Source: Eledone cirrhosa (Eukaryota). Taken from it: a DNA stretch of 64,000 nt. The stretch covers positions 439,208,001 through 439,272,000 of the forward strand of contig OZ024740.1 of assembly GCA_964016885.1 (NCBI GenBank). Reading direction: 5' to 3'. Below, one piece after another: positions 13,037 through 24,190 of the stretch; position 1 is the stretch's first letter, and every line of letters begins with the position of its first letter. A model generated the notes under the pieces. That model worked only from the letters and a program-made list of their open reading frames with translations. It was not told where the DNA came from and searched no databases. The translations under genes were made by a program, and so were the position numbers.

Positions 13037-13263
13037 ACTATGTTAGCTGCACCTTTTTTTTTGCCTCTGTGTTTCTGCTTTTCCTTTGCCTTGTTTTTTT
13101 TTATGCATGCATGTCGTTTTTTTTTTAACACTTTTCAAATCCTTATTCTGGATTCAATTTTTGCTAGAGCGGATAGCTCCCCTTGTTGCATTGTTCGCCA
13201 TCTTACTCCACATGTGAGTAATGACATCGATTTTCAATAATTTGAAAATCTGGCTCGAGGTAC

Positions 13264-13498
13264 TGTAGTAAGACGCCTCACGCTCCTTGATAGAACAACG
13301 CCGGTTGAGAACGCCAGAAAGAAAAGAAAGACAGCCACTGGAAAGCCGACGGATCACACGCCAGATACCAGCCTCTGTACAACACCATTGTTTGTGCTAC
13401 AACAAAAAATAAACGTATATTTCATCTCTAATTTCTGCTGTTATTATGTCACTTGCATCTCGATAACATCTACAACTAATACTGCTAAAAATACTACA
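13264..13498 (+). repeat. 3' LTR of the Gypsy element (235 bp)
   Basis: Termini TGTAGTA...TACTACA; AATAAA near 13408; lies downstream of pol. Confidence 0.7.
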
Positions 13499-14996
13499 CC
13501 CGATTAAGAAAGATTTGGTCATCGGAACGCTCTGCGCAAAACAAAACAGTGGCTCACAATGTGTTTGCTGTGCCTGTCCTAACACCAACGTTTGGAATAC
13601 TCAATTGGACGATAGACGAAATCCGAGCAGTTGATGTTAGAACTCAAAAAATACTGACTAACACCGGAAACTTCCACATCAACAGTGACATAGACCACCT
13701 TTACTTGAAACGTAAGCAGGGAGGCAGAGGCCTAACATCATTCCAGACAACATTTGAATGTCGCATCATATCCCTCCGACAACATCTACGTAGGAGCTAG
13801 TCTACGAGCAAGTCTATCTGCATGAAACAGATAAGATCATGAGAGTTGGGAAGTAACTCCTTGAGAGATATTCCATGTGTGATAATCAAACACTCACACC
13901 CAGGGATGTCGCTCAGCAGTATCGCAGTGAATCCATGGATGAAAAGCTGCATGCCTATCAGCAAAAAATCATGCATGGATATGTTGCCAGGAAGCTCCAG
14001 AGTGAGAGTAATATAGATAAGGAAAGTAGTCTATCTTGGACCAACAACCGCTATATTGGCTCCCACTTTGAAGGATCCGCTTTTGCAATACAAGAACAGG
14101 AGATTAGCAGGAAATACCTGATTCACAAAAGAGATAGTGATGCAGGCAAAACACCTAGATGTGATAACAAGTGCAGACTCTGCAGAACTAACATCGATGA
14201 TATCACTCATGTCATCAGCAGCTGCCCAAAGATGTCATCGCGGTACTATCTATCTATGAGGCATGATGTAGTGGCCAAAACACTGTACAATGCAGTTCGT
14301 AAAAAAGATAGCCCCGATAACAAACACATTAAAAGCTACAACAATGTGGAAGACATCCATGTACATAATATGAAAAAGTACTGGTGGAATGTTCCAGTAA
14401 AAACCCCAATAAAATCAAGGCATAACAGACCAGATATTATGATATGGGACAGGGAGAAGAAAACATGCACGGTAGTGGAACTTAGCTGCCCAGCAGATGC
14501 CAATATAATATGAAAGATTAGTGAAAAGGAGAATATTTATGCAGAACTGATGAGAAATCTGCAGATACTCCACCCTGATTACACCTTCAGATTTATGCCT
14601 GTGATTATTGGGGTACTGGGATATGTTAGTAATTGCCTCAATACAAATCTTGAGAAGCTAGGCTTCACAGGAACAGAAAGAACACAACTAGTTAGGAAAT
14701 TACAAGTACAATCCATTAATGGAACAGTAACAATATGTAAAACATTCCAAAAATGTTGCATCTAATAACTGCATATACACATGTACAGATACAAAGCATA
14801 TACACATGCACCCACACAACTCAAAACATACACATCCACACATACAATAACATCCATATCTACACATGCAGACATACATACATATCTACCTAGTTGATGT
14901 TGTGTAAATTCCAATGAGAGAGTCTTGTGTCTATGTTAGAAACCGACTCTCTCTCTATTGGTAAAACTTTGTGAAATTATAAAACCAGAAGAACAT
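13490..14996 (+). mobile_element. R4/Dong-like LINE, 5'-truncated and degenerate
   Basis: HINSDIDHLYLKRKQGGRGL; CRLC...HVISSC zinc knuckle; RHD; HNRPDIMIWD...ELSCP; PVIIGVLG; 3' UTR ends gaagaa(CATA)n. Confidence 0.9.
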
Positions 14997-15008
14997 ACAT
15001 CCATACAT

Positions 15009-15575
15009 GGTGGCTGCCAACTCGTTTTCGAGTACGGCCACTACCGATGCGCTGAACGAGTGTGACTTTTTAGTCCAGCCAGCGACTTGAAAACTCTGGT
15101 ACAAACACTACACTTGTGACAACTATTGACACATAGTGCTGGGCCCAAGGTACCATGTGACGACAAGTGCAGAGAGATCTCCAGATATAAAGTTATACCT
15201 GTGCCATGAAGCTTTTATAGTGAGCAAAGGCACTGCACAAAGCCAGTCCCACTCTGTTAACCAAGATGATATTTACCAAAAAGAAGAACAGGTCAACATC
15301 ATTGGATACCATCAGAGTTGCAGGTGTTATATCAGAGTTTTCCTTCTCCTAGAATTCTTCCTTGACAAAGGCTAAGGGGTCATCTCTCCCGGTGATTTTG
15401 GTTGGCCATTGACTCTTAAGAGTTCCTTTGCCCTTTGACAGGTTTTCTTTTTAGTCCTGCAGGATGTCCAAAGTCACCTTCCTCACCAAGAAACCTTTGT
15501 GGGGTTGCCAGTTTAGTCGCCAACGACCCGACCATAACATAGGTTGTACTGGGATACATGTTACCAGTAGCACCA
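15009..15575 (-). mobile_element. RTE-derived non-autonomous retroelement copy
   Basis: Homologous to 2487-3092 with a small internal deletion; (TACA)n flanks. Confidence 0.8.
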
Positions 15576-15607
15576 TACATATAGATACATACATGCATAT
15601 ATATACA

Positions 15608-15641
<34 letters not shown>

Positions 15642-15685
15642 CTAACTTAGTATATATGTATTTAGACTGCTTACTAAATCCTAGA

Positions 15686-15782
<97 letters not shown>

Positions 15783-16189
15783 GATAACACTACATGCGGC
15801 TTTGACCGGGAGGTTCATTTAAAGGGAATTGGCGGGGGTGTTAAGGCTGCACAGCCCCACTCTCCGCCATGTCGATTGGACTGCATGCCCTGCTTTCCAG
15901 GTTACTCTTCGCCACTGATACTAAGCTAGATATGTATTTCTAGTAGTGTTACGATGCTAACAACGACAGTTGTGTCGTAGAGTTGTAAAGCTTCCCTCTA
16001 CTTGTTCACAGTTGCAGTATTTCTAGATATTTCTTCAGTATTACATCTCCTATACTGTTTGTTATGTATATTTACTATGTATAGCCTTTATATAGATAGA
16101 ATATTGCCTTGTTTGAATCTGTATATGAGTATTCTATGGTATTATATATGTATTTCAATATATATTTGCTTCTGCCGAAACCTATCAAA

Positions 16190-16419
16190 GTTATCAAAGA
16201 GACTGAGGTTAGCTGGACATGCTCACCGACATCCAGAGTTGACACTCCTATGGGAGCTCCTACACAGACACACTAGAAGAGGGAGGCCGAGGTTAACATA
16301 TGTTGATGCCCTAAGGACAGACACTGGTCTCTTGGTGACGCAGTACATGGCAGCGATGATGAGGGACAGAGATTGCTGGAGAGAACTCGTCCATGGACTC
16401 GGGAATTTTACCCAACCTA

Positions 16420-16420
<1 letters not shown>
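16190..16420 (+). mobile_element. RTE-type LINE ORF2 C-terminal fragment
   Basis: RLRLAGHAHRHPE..LLWE...RRGRPRLTYVDALRTDTG...MRDRDCWRELV. Confidence 0.75.
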
Positions 16421-16450
<30 letters not shown>

Positions 16451-16453
<3 letters not shown>

Positions 16454-16680
16454 CAGAAGGGATATTCAATTTGTTGGTAATTCAACAAATATAATAATAT
16501 GACTATCCAAGGAAAACTTGAACCGTTAAGGTATATTCTCCTCGGTTATGTCAAAATTTATAAAACACACTTCGTATTTTATCTGATGAAAGCGTACCAA
16601 CATTTTGGAACCCTTAAAATATATATAATAGAATAAATATGGTTTTATAAATATAGTATCCATTTATTTAATATCATTAT
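16451..16680 (+). mobile_element. PLE pLTR fragment (family of 4630-4840) with inactivated hammerhead at 16575-16635
   Basis: Homologous to the reverse complement of 4640-4840; CTGATGA is present but GAAA has become AAAA. Confidence 0.65.
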
Positions 16681-16709
16681 ATATATATGTATATATATTC
16701 ACACACACA

Positions 16710-16774
<65 letters not shown>

Positions 16775-16973
16775 AAACATTATTAGGTACACGCTTGTGG
16801 AGTGAATGCGGGTTTCAACGTATCGGGCATAAGTGCTTCTTCAGGAAATAGCAAGTTCTGAGAAAGAGACACAAGCTTTGATGATCAGAGTTTTGAAAAA
16901 AAAATGATGATGACTGGGAAGGGTAGGCGAGTAATCCGGCTAGTGGAGATGGGGACCAATGTGGAGAGTGCAA

Positions 16974-17009
<36 letters not shown>

Positions 17010-17419
17010 CTGCACTTTGTATTTTTGCATGCCTGTGTATGTATACAATCATCTATTTTTAGAAACGCTGAGCAAATATGTATATATTGAAAATTAACCT
17101 AGAATTAGAAGCTTCAACGCACACATTCTTTTACTAAATATACATAACTTTAACAAAATTAATTCATCCCCCAAACAAACCAAAAATGAAAAGTTCATTT
17201 ATAACCGTCTATAATGTCTATGTTTTATAATCCAACACATCAGTTCAAAACCTCTTGGCGTTCTTTACCACAATGGGGGCACGGCTTTGTAGAAGAGTTT
17301 TCCGAACATTAATAAGATGTTCATTCTGTATAATGTCCAACACAGAACATTCGAATATGATCTATTGAGGGAATCAAAAAGTCTTTGACAGGTTTCAATA
17401 CTGTGTTACGATTCTAAAG

Positions 17420-17605
17420 TTGGCGGATTGGGAGAATTGGTAGAATGTTGGATGAAATATTATTGCTTTATATTCTGAGTTCAAATCCCACCGATGTCCA
17501 CTTTACTTTTCATACTTCCGAGGCCGATAAAATACTAGTCAACTAGTGGACTTCATTTTAATCGACTTTTGTATTTCACCTAAAATGTCAGGACTTGTGC
17601 TTTAA
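17420..17605 (+). mobile_element. Nin-type tRNA SINE
   Basis: ctgagttcaaatcccaccgatgtccactttacttttcatacttccgaggccgataaaat. Confidence 0.65.
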
Positions 17606-17661
17606 TTATATAATATAATATATACATATTATATGAAAAATAAAGTTAACCTCGGCGGGTT

Positions 17662-17779
17662 TTGATCTGAGTTCAAATCCCGCCGAGGTTAAATTTACCT
17701 TTCATCCTTACGGGACGATAAAATAAAGTACCAGTAATGTACTGGGTAATTGCAGGCCTTGTGCCAAAAGTAGAAACAA

Positions 17780-17782
<3 letters not shown>
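17662..17782 (+). mobile_element. Nin-type tRNA SINE
   Basis: ctgagttcaaatcccgccgaggttaaatttacctttcatcc...gataaaataaagtaccagt...gtgccaaaagtagaaacaatt. Confidence 0.75.
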
Positions 17783-17843
<61 letters not shown>

Positions 17844-17948
17844 ATACATATATATATGTATATGTATATATATATGTATATGTATATATATGTATATATA
17901 TATATATGTATATATATATAATTTAATGTATAAAATCAATACAATATA

Positions 17949-18026
17949 ATTACCTCATTACCAGAGGTTTCCCGAATGAGGCGAATCCGAAATAAACGAC
18001 TTCATTCGTTCGTCAGACGAGGCAAT
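17949..18026 (-). ncRNA. Type-I hammerhead ribozyme motif
   Basis: attgcctcgt-CTGACGA-a-cgaatga...tcattcg-g-GAAA-cc(tct)gg-TA-atgaggtaat; 10-bp stem I, 7-bp stem II. Confidence 0.7.
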
Positions 18027-18820
18027 ATAAAACATGGGCAAATACTTAGAAAAGCACATCAAGAAAATCAAAAAAATATATAGATAAATGAAATAGAAAT
18101 TAAAATATATAAAAATCTATCAAGAAAAATAGTTAGGTGTGTGTATGTGTATATATATACGCTCATAGATGTGCATATATGTATATGTGCACGTGTAAAT
18201 GTATGGTTAGAAAGTGTGCGTAATTATAAAAATTTAGGGCAAATGCATCTATATGTCTGTATTATACAGACGGAAATGGTTACTTCGTAAAAATAAGAAT
18301 ATAAAGTCGCGCGCATAAAAACGCCTGGACACTCGTACACTTAGATGCGGAAAGAAAGGAGATAAAGAGAGTATAATAAATAAAAGAAAAGTATCTATTA
18401 CGATATATTTATAAAAATATAGTAACGATAAATTAGAAAGACAAGATAGAAAGAAAAAATTAAAGAAAACAAAAAAAGCGTGGGTACATACATACACAGA
18501 CACGCGTGTCTCACAAAAGAAATGTAAAAATAATTATGCTTATATACACACGCGCACTTACACTTCCATACGTTCGATACGTACATACACACACACACAC
18601 ACACATACTTATACTCGCGCATATAAACCTGTTTGCATGCCCATGTATGAAACTGGGTAAGTAACAAAAGAGGGAAGGGGGGGGGGGGGGGCAGAAGAAA
18701 AAAGAAACAAAAAATATAAAACCGAAATGTCAAAAACACGGATATAAAGACACTTACACATACGCATAATATATACATACACACACACACAAACACCAGT
18801 ACACACACGCATACATACAC

Positions 18821-18865
<45 letters not shown>

Positions 18866-19480
18866 CATGCACGCACGCGCGCGCACATACGTAGTCACTC
18901 ATGTACATATATAAAAAAAAAAAAAAAAAATAGTATGCACACATTAAGGCGTTCAGCCATATTGAAATGTGGATAAATATAAAATTGTAGGATAGGCTGC
19001 GCAAAAATAAAATAAAAATAAAAATGAAAAATATCTGGATTGAAAAACACAAAAGACAAGTGTAATCAGTTAGTAGAGGAAAAAGGGAAGTAAAAGAAGG
19101 GGAAGTAAAAAATAGAAAATAGGAAGTGGATCGGAGAATAAAGGGGGGGGGGGTGAAGTAAAAATAAATAAAAAAATAAATAAGAGTGAAAATAAATGAA
19201 ATTATTGACAAGGATAAGAATGAAAGTAAGTCAGAAAGGGTAATTAAAAAGAGAATAATCAGAGTTTATGGAGGATAAGTGTCTGAAAGTGTGTTAAGTT
19301 TATGTGAGCTGGAAAGCAGGTGTGATTTCATGTGTGGGCAACTGGTAAAAATTTCCGTCTTTGTGTTCAGGCAGGTCTTTGGTGATTTGAGATTTTGCAA
19401 TATCCAAAATTTTTCATTTATGCAGAGCGTGCATTTTCTTGTTCCTCTAGCATATTTTTTAGATTGGTTCAAAATTGACC
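17949..19480 (-). mobile_element. Penelope-like element 3' fragment
   Basis: ORF 19472-19266: YARGTRKCTLCINEKFWI...LNTKTEIFTSCPH (GIY-YIG end); a hammerhead lies at the far 3' end. Confidence 0.75.
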
Positions 19481-19635
19481 AATCTAGTTTATACTACACA
19501 CTGATTGGTCGAAATACAGTTTGCAGGGCTTAGCATTCTGGAGCCACTTTTCCCTGTATAAAATGTATAAAAGGTAGGAAATTTACCCATCTTATTATAG
19601 TTGAAAATTGCAAACTTGACTGTCACCACATATTA

Positions 19636-19674
19636 TGAACCTGAAGATTGCGAAAGCATAAAAGTACTTGTTCA
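19636..19674 (+). ncRNA. Degenerate minimal hammerhead (G12 lost)
   Basis: tgaac-CTGAAGA-ttgc(gaaa)gcat-AAAA-gtac-TT-gttca. Confidence 0.45.
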
Positions 19675-19832
19675 ATTAACACTTATAATTTAATATTCTA
19701 TCATACTATTTCATTATAATACCATTATAAATTTTAAAGGATTGTAAATAAAACGAGTAAATCAGACAAAGTTGGAATTCCTCTTATTAATATAATCTTC
19801 TATACACAATCATACACACCCGTGTATATTTA

Positions 19833-19911
<79 letters not shown>

Positions 19912-19971
19912 TCTGCCAAGACTGGAATTGAACCCCATCAGCACAGTTGAGGTATGTGATACATCAATTTA

Positions 19972-20041
19972 TATATTTTATCTGATGAGGACGTACTGAA
20001 AAAACAGCACAGTACCTCCGAAATATATATAATTAAATATA
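19972..20041 (+). ncRNA. Minimal type-I hammerhead in a (TA)n-flanked pLTR piece (19910-20085)
   Basis: tatattttat-CTGATGA-ggacgtactg...cagtacctcc-GAAA-tatata-TA-attaaatata. Confidence 0.7.
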
Positions 20042-20082
20042 TTTTGATTACGTTAAATGTCTATATTTATTAATATTTTGAA

Positions 20083-20141
<59 letters not shown>

Positions 20142-20147
<6 letters not shown>

Positions 20148-20640
20148 ATACTTTGGGAGGGTCATGTTGCCAATAAGAAACACACGCACCCTATGCATTC
20201 ACTTCAATTTATTATAATAAATTTATAAATTTAGGAATTTATAAATTTCTGGTTGGTTGGTTGGTTCCACAACCAGATAGTTGTTTATATATTGTCAAAG
20301 TTCTTTCGTCACACATTCTGTGACCTCTTCAGTGACTGGGGATTCTTTTCTTTGTTTTGTTGTCCTACGCCATTTTGTTTCATAGAAACAAAATGGCGTA
20401 GGACAGAACAAAGGAGAGGAACAAAAACAAAGAAAAGAATCCCCAGTCACTGAAGAGGTCACAGAATGTGTGACGAAAGAACTTTGACAATATATAAACA
20501 ACCATCTGGTTATGGAACCAACCAACCAACCAGAAATTTATAAATTCCTAAATTTATAAATTTATTATAATAAATTGAAGTGAAAGCAAGTGGTGCGTGT
20601 GTTTCTTATTGGCAACATGACCCTCCCAAAGTATAACAAT
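20142..20640. mobile_element. Fold-back of a PLE pLTR-like unit (arms ~240-255 bp, 3-nt loop at ~20383)
   Basis: The arms are reverse complements; each carries a hammerhead motif (minus 20294-20336, plus 20446-20488). Confidence 0.85.
20446..20488 (+). ncRNA. Minimal hammerhead motif (mirror copy on minus at 20294-20336)
   Basis: gtca-CTGAAGA-g-gtcaca(gaatg)tgtgac-GAAA-gaac-TT-tgac. Confidence 0.6.
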
Positions 20641-20696
20641 ATCGGTTTCAACACACGTTTTCAGATAAAGAATCTTGCTAAACAAATTCAGAAACG

Positions 20697-20779
<83 letters not shown>

Positions 20780-21434
20780 CATAGATATACTTTGTATTTT
20801 ATTTCACCTAAAGTTTTAGGCCTTTTTTTTTTACTATAATATGCACCCTATCCATATATATAAATTGTTTCTATCCTGTACTGCTTGATATTCGTATTTT
20901 TAACTGAACATTTTCATATCACCTAACACTGTATGAGAATATCATTACAGAATAAATATTAGCGAAATTAAAAGAAAGTTCTAGTGAATTCAGTATTTCG
21001 ATGTGAAGGCCACAGGACAAACTATGTTACGTTCTATGTTATCTTGATCGAAGTAAAAGAGTGCACTGTAAATACTTCAAGAAATAAACAGCAACATTGG
21101 GGCTTGATTCATGTCTTTGTTTTATATTTTTTTATTATTTTTACTCATCTTGGAATTCTTACCTTATATGTTCAGTTCATTGTTTGATTTTGTTATTATT
21201 TTGTTATGTTTTTGTTGTGTGGTTGTTATTTTGTTGTTATTTCGTTATGTTATTTGAACTTATTGAAAAGGTGACTTCATAGAAGAATCCTTAACTAGTA
21301 TTTGATGAGTGGAAATCTCTGTAGTTTACAGTCGTATGTCCTGCTGAGAAACTATTGAAGTCTTCCTAAATCCACTTCGGCTTGAAATAAATCGAAAAAC
21401 AGCTAAACCTTTTCTCTATTTGCTTATTTACTTT

Positions 21435-21540
21435 CATCATCATCATCATCACCATCATTATCATAATCGTCATCATCATCATCGTCACTACCACCACCAT
21501 CATAATCAACATCACCACACCACCATCATCATCGTCATCG

Positions 21541-21571
<31 letters not shown>

Positions 21572-21820
21572 AATCGGCAACGGTACCTACACCGTCACCA
21601 TTATCATTTCCATTACTATTATTATATTTGTTTGTTGTAGTTGTTGTTGGTGGTGGCGGTGGTGGAGATGCGGGTGGTGGTAAGGTGTTGTTGTTGTTGC
21701 TGTTATTAATGTAGTAGTAGTAGTAGTTGTAGTAGTAGTAGTAGGGGTGGTGGTGGTGGTGGTGGTGGTAGTAGTAGTAGTAGGGGTGGGGTGGGGTGGT
21801 AGTAGTAGTAGTTGTAGTAG
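21435..21820. repeat. Compound trinucleotide microsatellites (CAT/CAC/GTT/GTA/GGT)
   Basis: Read directly from the sequence. Confidence 0.9.
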
Positions 21821-21997
21821 TAGGTTCAACCAGATACAGCAAGTAGTCGTCAGTCCACCTGTTGAGATGTGATAACAATAAAAGACGGGATTGGAGAGAA
21901 GTCGCCCCCCCCCCCCCCCATTGCCTCCATTAATGCTAAACTGATCTGGCTGAATTATGTACAATTTATTTGTACTTAAAACTTTCTTCTTTATATG

Positions 21998-22269
21998 TAT
22001 ATACATACATATATACATACATACATATATATATACATACGTACATATATATATACATACATACATATATATATACATACATACATATATATATACATAC
22101 ATACATATATATATACATACATACATATATATATACATACATACATATATATATACATACATACATATATATATACATACATACATATATATATACATAC
22201 ATACATACATATATATATACATATATACATATATACATATATATATATTATATATATATATATACATAC

Positions 22270-22342
<73 letters not shown>

Positions 22343-22368
22343 ATATATATATATATAATATATATATA
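21998..22368. repeat. 20-bp minisatellite (atacatatatatatacatac) grading into (TA)n
   Basis: Read directly; about 9 regular units. Confidence 0.9.
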
Positions 22369-23007
22369 AAGAGAGATAGAGAGATGTATATATATATAAT
22401 ATATATATACAGACATACACAAACACACCAATATGTGTGTGTGTATGTGTATTTATTTTTTAAAGTATCTACTAGGAAGTGCAACCAATAGACACGCACG
22501 TGATTTCTAACGGCTGGCGGCATTGAACGGTAAAAATTACTTGAAACATTCGAAATTGGCAAATTAATTACACCTGGTACGGAAATAGAAAGACTTGGTG
22601 AGAAGGTAAATAGCTGGACTGAGTACTTGACCGACACACCAGGTAAATGGTAGTGGTGGAAGCGATGAAGTAAGTCAACAACTACTAACAGATCCTACCA
22701 CCACACTGACACTACTACCACTGCCACTACTACACCACACTGACACTACTACCACTAACACTACTACCACCATCACTGACACTACTACAACTGATACCAC
22801 TACCACCACCACACTAACACTGACAGATCCTACCGCACACTACCACCCCCACACCGCCACCACCCACACACACACCACCACTACTAACAACTCCCTCACC
22901 ACTACTACTAACCCCAACACCACCACCACTACCACCCCTATCGGGAGAATTATTGTCATTAACAGAAGAATAAGAGTTAATTTAAAAGTTTAAGGAGTGG
23001 TAAATAT

Positions 23008-23340
23008 TATGTATGTATATATGTATGTATGTATATATGTATGTATATATGTATGTATATATGTATGTATATATGTATGTATATATATATGTATGTGTGT
23101 ATGTATGTATGTATGCATGCATGTGTGTGTGTGTATGTATATATGTATGTATATGTGTATGTATATATCTATGTATATATGTATGTGTGTATGTGTGTAT
23201 GTATGTATGTATGTGTATGTATGTATGTAAGTATGCATGTATGTAAGTATGTATGTATGTATATACGTATGTATGTATATATGTATGCATGTAAGTATGT
23301 ATGTATGTAAGTATGTATGTATGTATCTACGTATGTATGT
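23008..23340. repeat. Degenerate (TATG)n tract, also the tail of the minus-strand R4-like copy
   Basis: Read directly from the sequence. Confidence 0.9.
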
Positions 23341-24190
23341 TCTTCTGGTTTTATAATTTCACAAATTTTTGCCATTAGAGAGAAAATCGGTTTCTAACAT
23401 AGACACAAGACTCTCTCATTGGAATTTACACAACATCAACTAGGTAGATATGTATGTATGTCTGCATGTGTAGATATTGATGTTATTGTATGTGTGGATG
23501 TAGATGTTTTGAGTTATATGTGTGCATGTGTATATGCTTTGTATCTGTACATGTGTATATGCAGTTATTAGATGCAACATTTTTGGAATGTTTTACATAT
23601 TTTTACTGTTCCATTAATGGATTATAATTGTAATTGTAATTTCATAACTAGTTGCGCTCTTTCTGTTCTTGTGAAGCCCAGCTTCTCAAAATTTGTATTG
23701 AGGCAGTTACTAACACATCACAGTGCCCCAATAATCACAGCCATAAATCTGAAGGTGTAATCAGGGTGGAGTATCTGGAGATTTCTCATCAGTTCTGCAT
23801 AAATAATCTCCTTTTCGCTAATCTTTGATATTATATTGGCATCTGTTGGGCAGCTAACTTCCACTACTGTGTATGCCTTCTTTTCCCTGTCTCATATCAT
23901 AATATCTGGTCTGTTATGAACTGCATTTTATTAGGGTTTTTACTGGAACATTCCACCAGTACTCTTTCATATTATGTATATGTATATGTATGTCTTCGAC
24001 ATTGCTGTAGCTTTTAATGTGTTTATTATCGGTGCTATCTTTTCTACGGATTGCATTGTACAGTGTTTTGGCCACTACATCATGCCTCATAGGTAGATAG
24101 TACCGCCATGACATATTTGGACAGCTGCTGATGACATGGGTGACATCTTCGATGTTAATTCTGCAGAGTCTGCACTTGTTATCACATCTG
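23341..24190 (-). mobile_element. R4/Dong-like LINE 3' segment (CCHC, RLE, 3' UTR)
   Basis: Reverse complement matches 14157-14996 (CRLC, RHD, EYWWNVPVK, same 3' UTR). Confidence 0.9.

Larger units (their letters stand above)
9914..13498 (+). mobile_element. Ty3/Gypsy LTR retrotransposon, 5'-truncated (no gag or 5' LTR)
   Basis: Domain order PR-RT-RH-IN followed by a 3' LTR. Confidence 0.95.

Noticed and set aside
16805-16850. Minus-strand CTGAAGA...GAAA hammerhead candidate
   Set aside because: No UH site or stem I pairing could be found.
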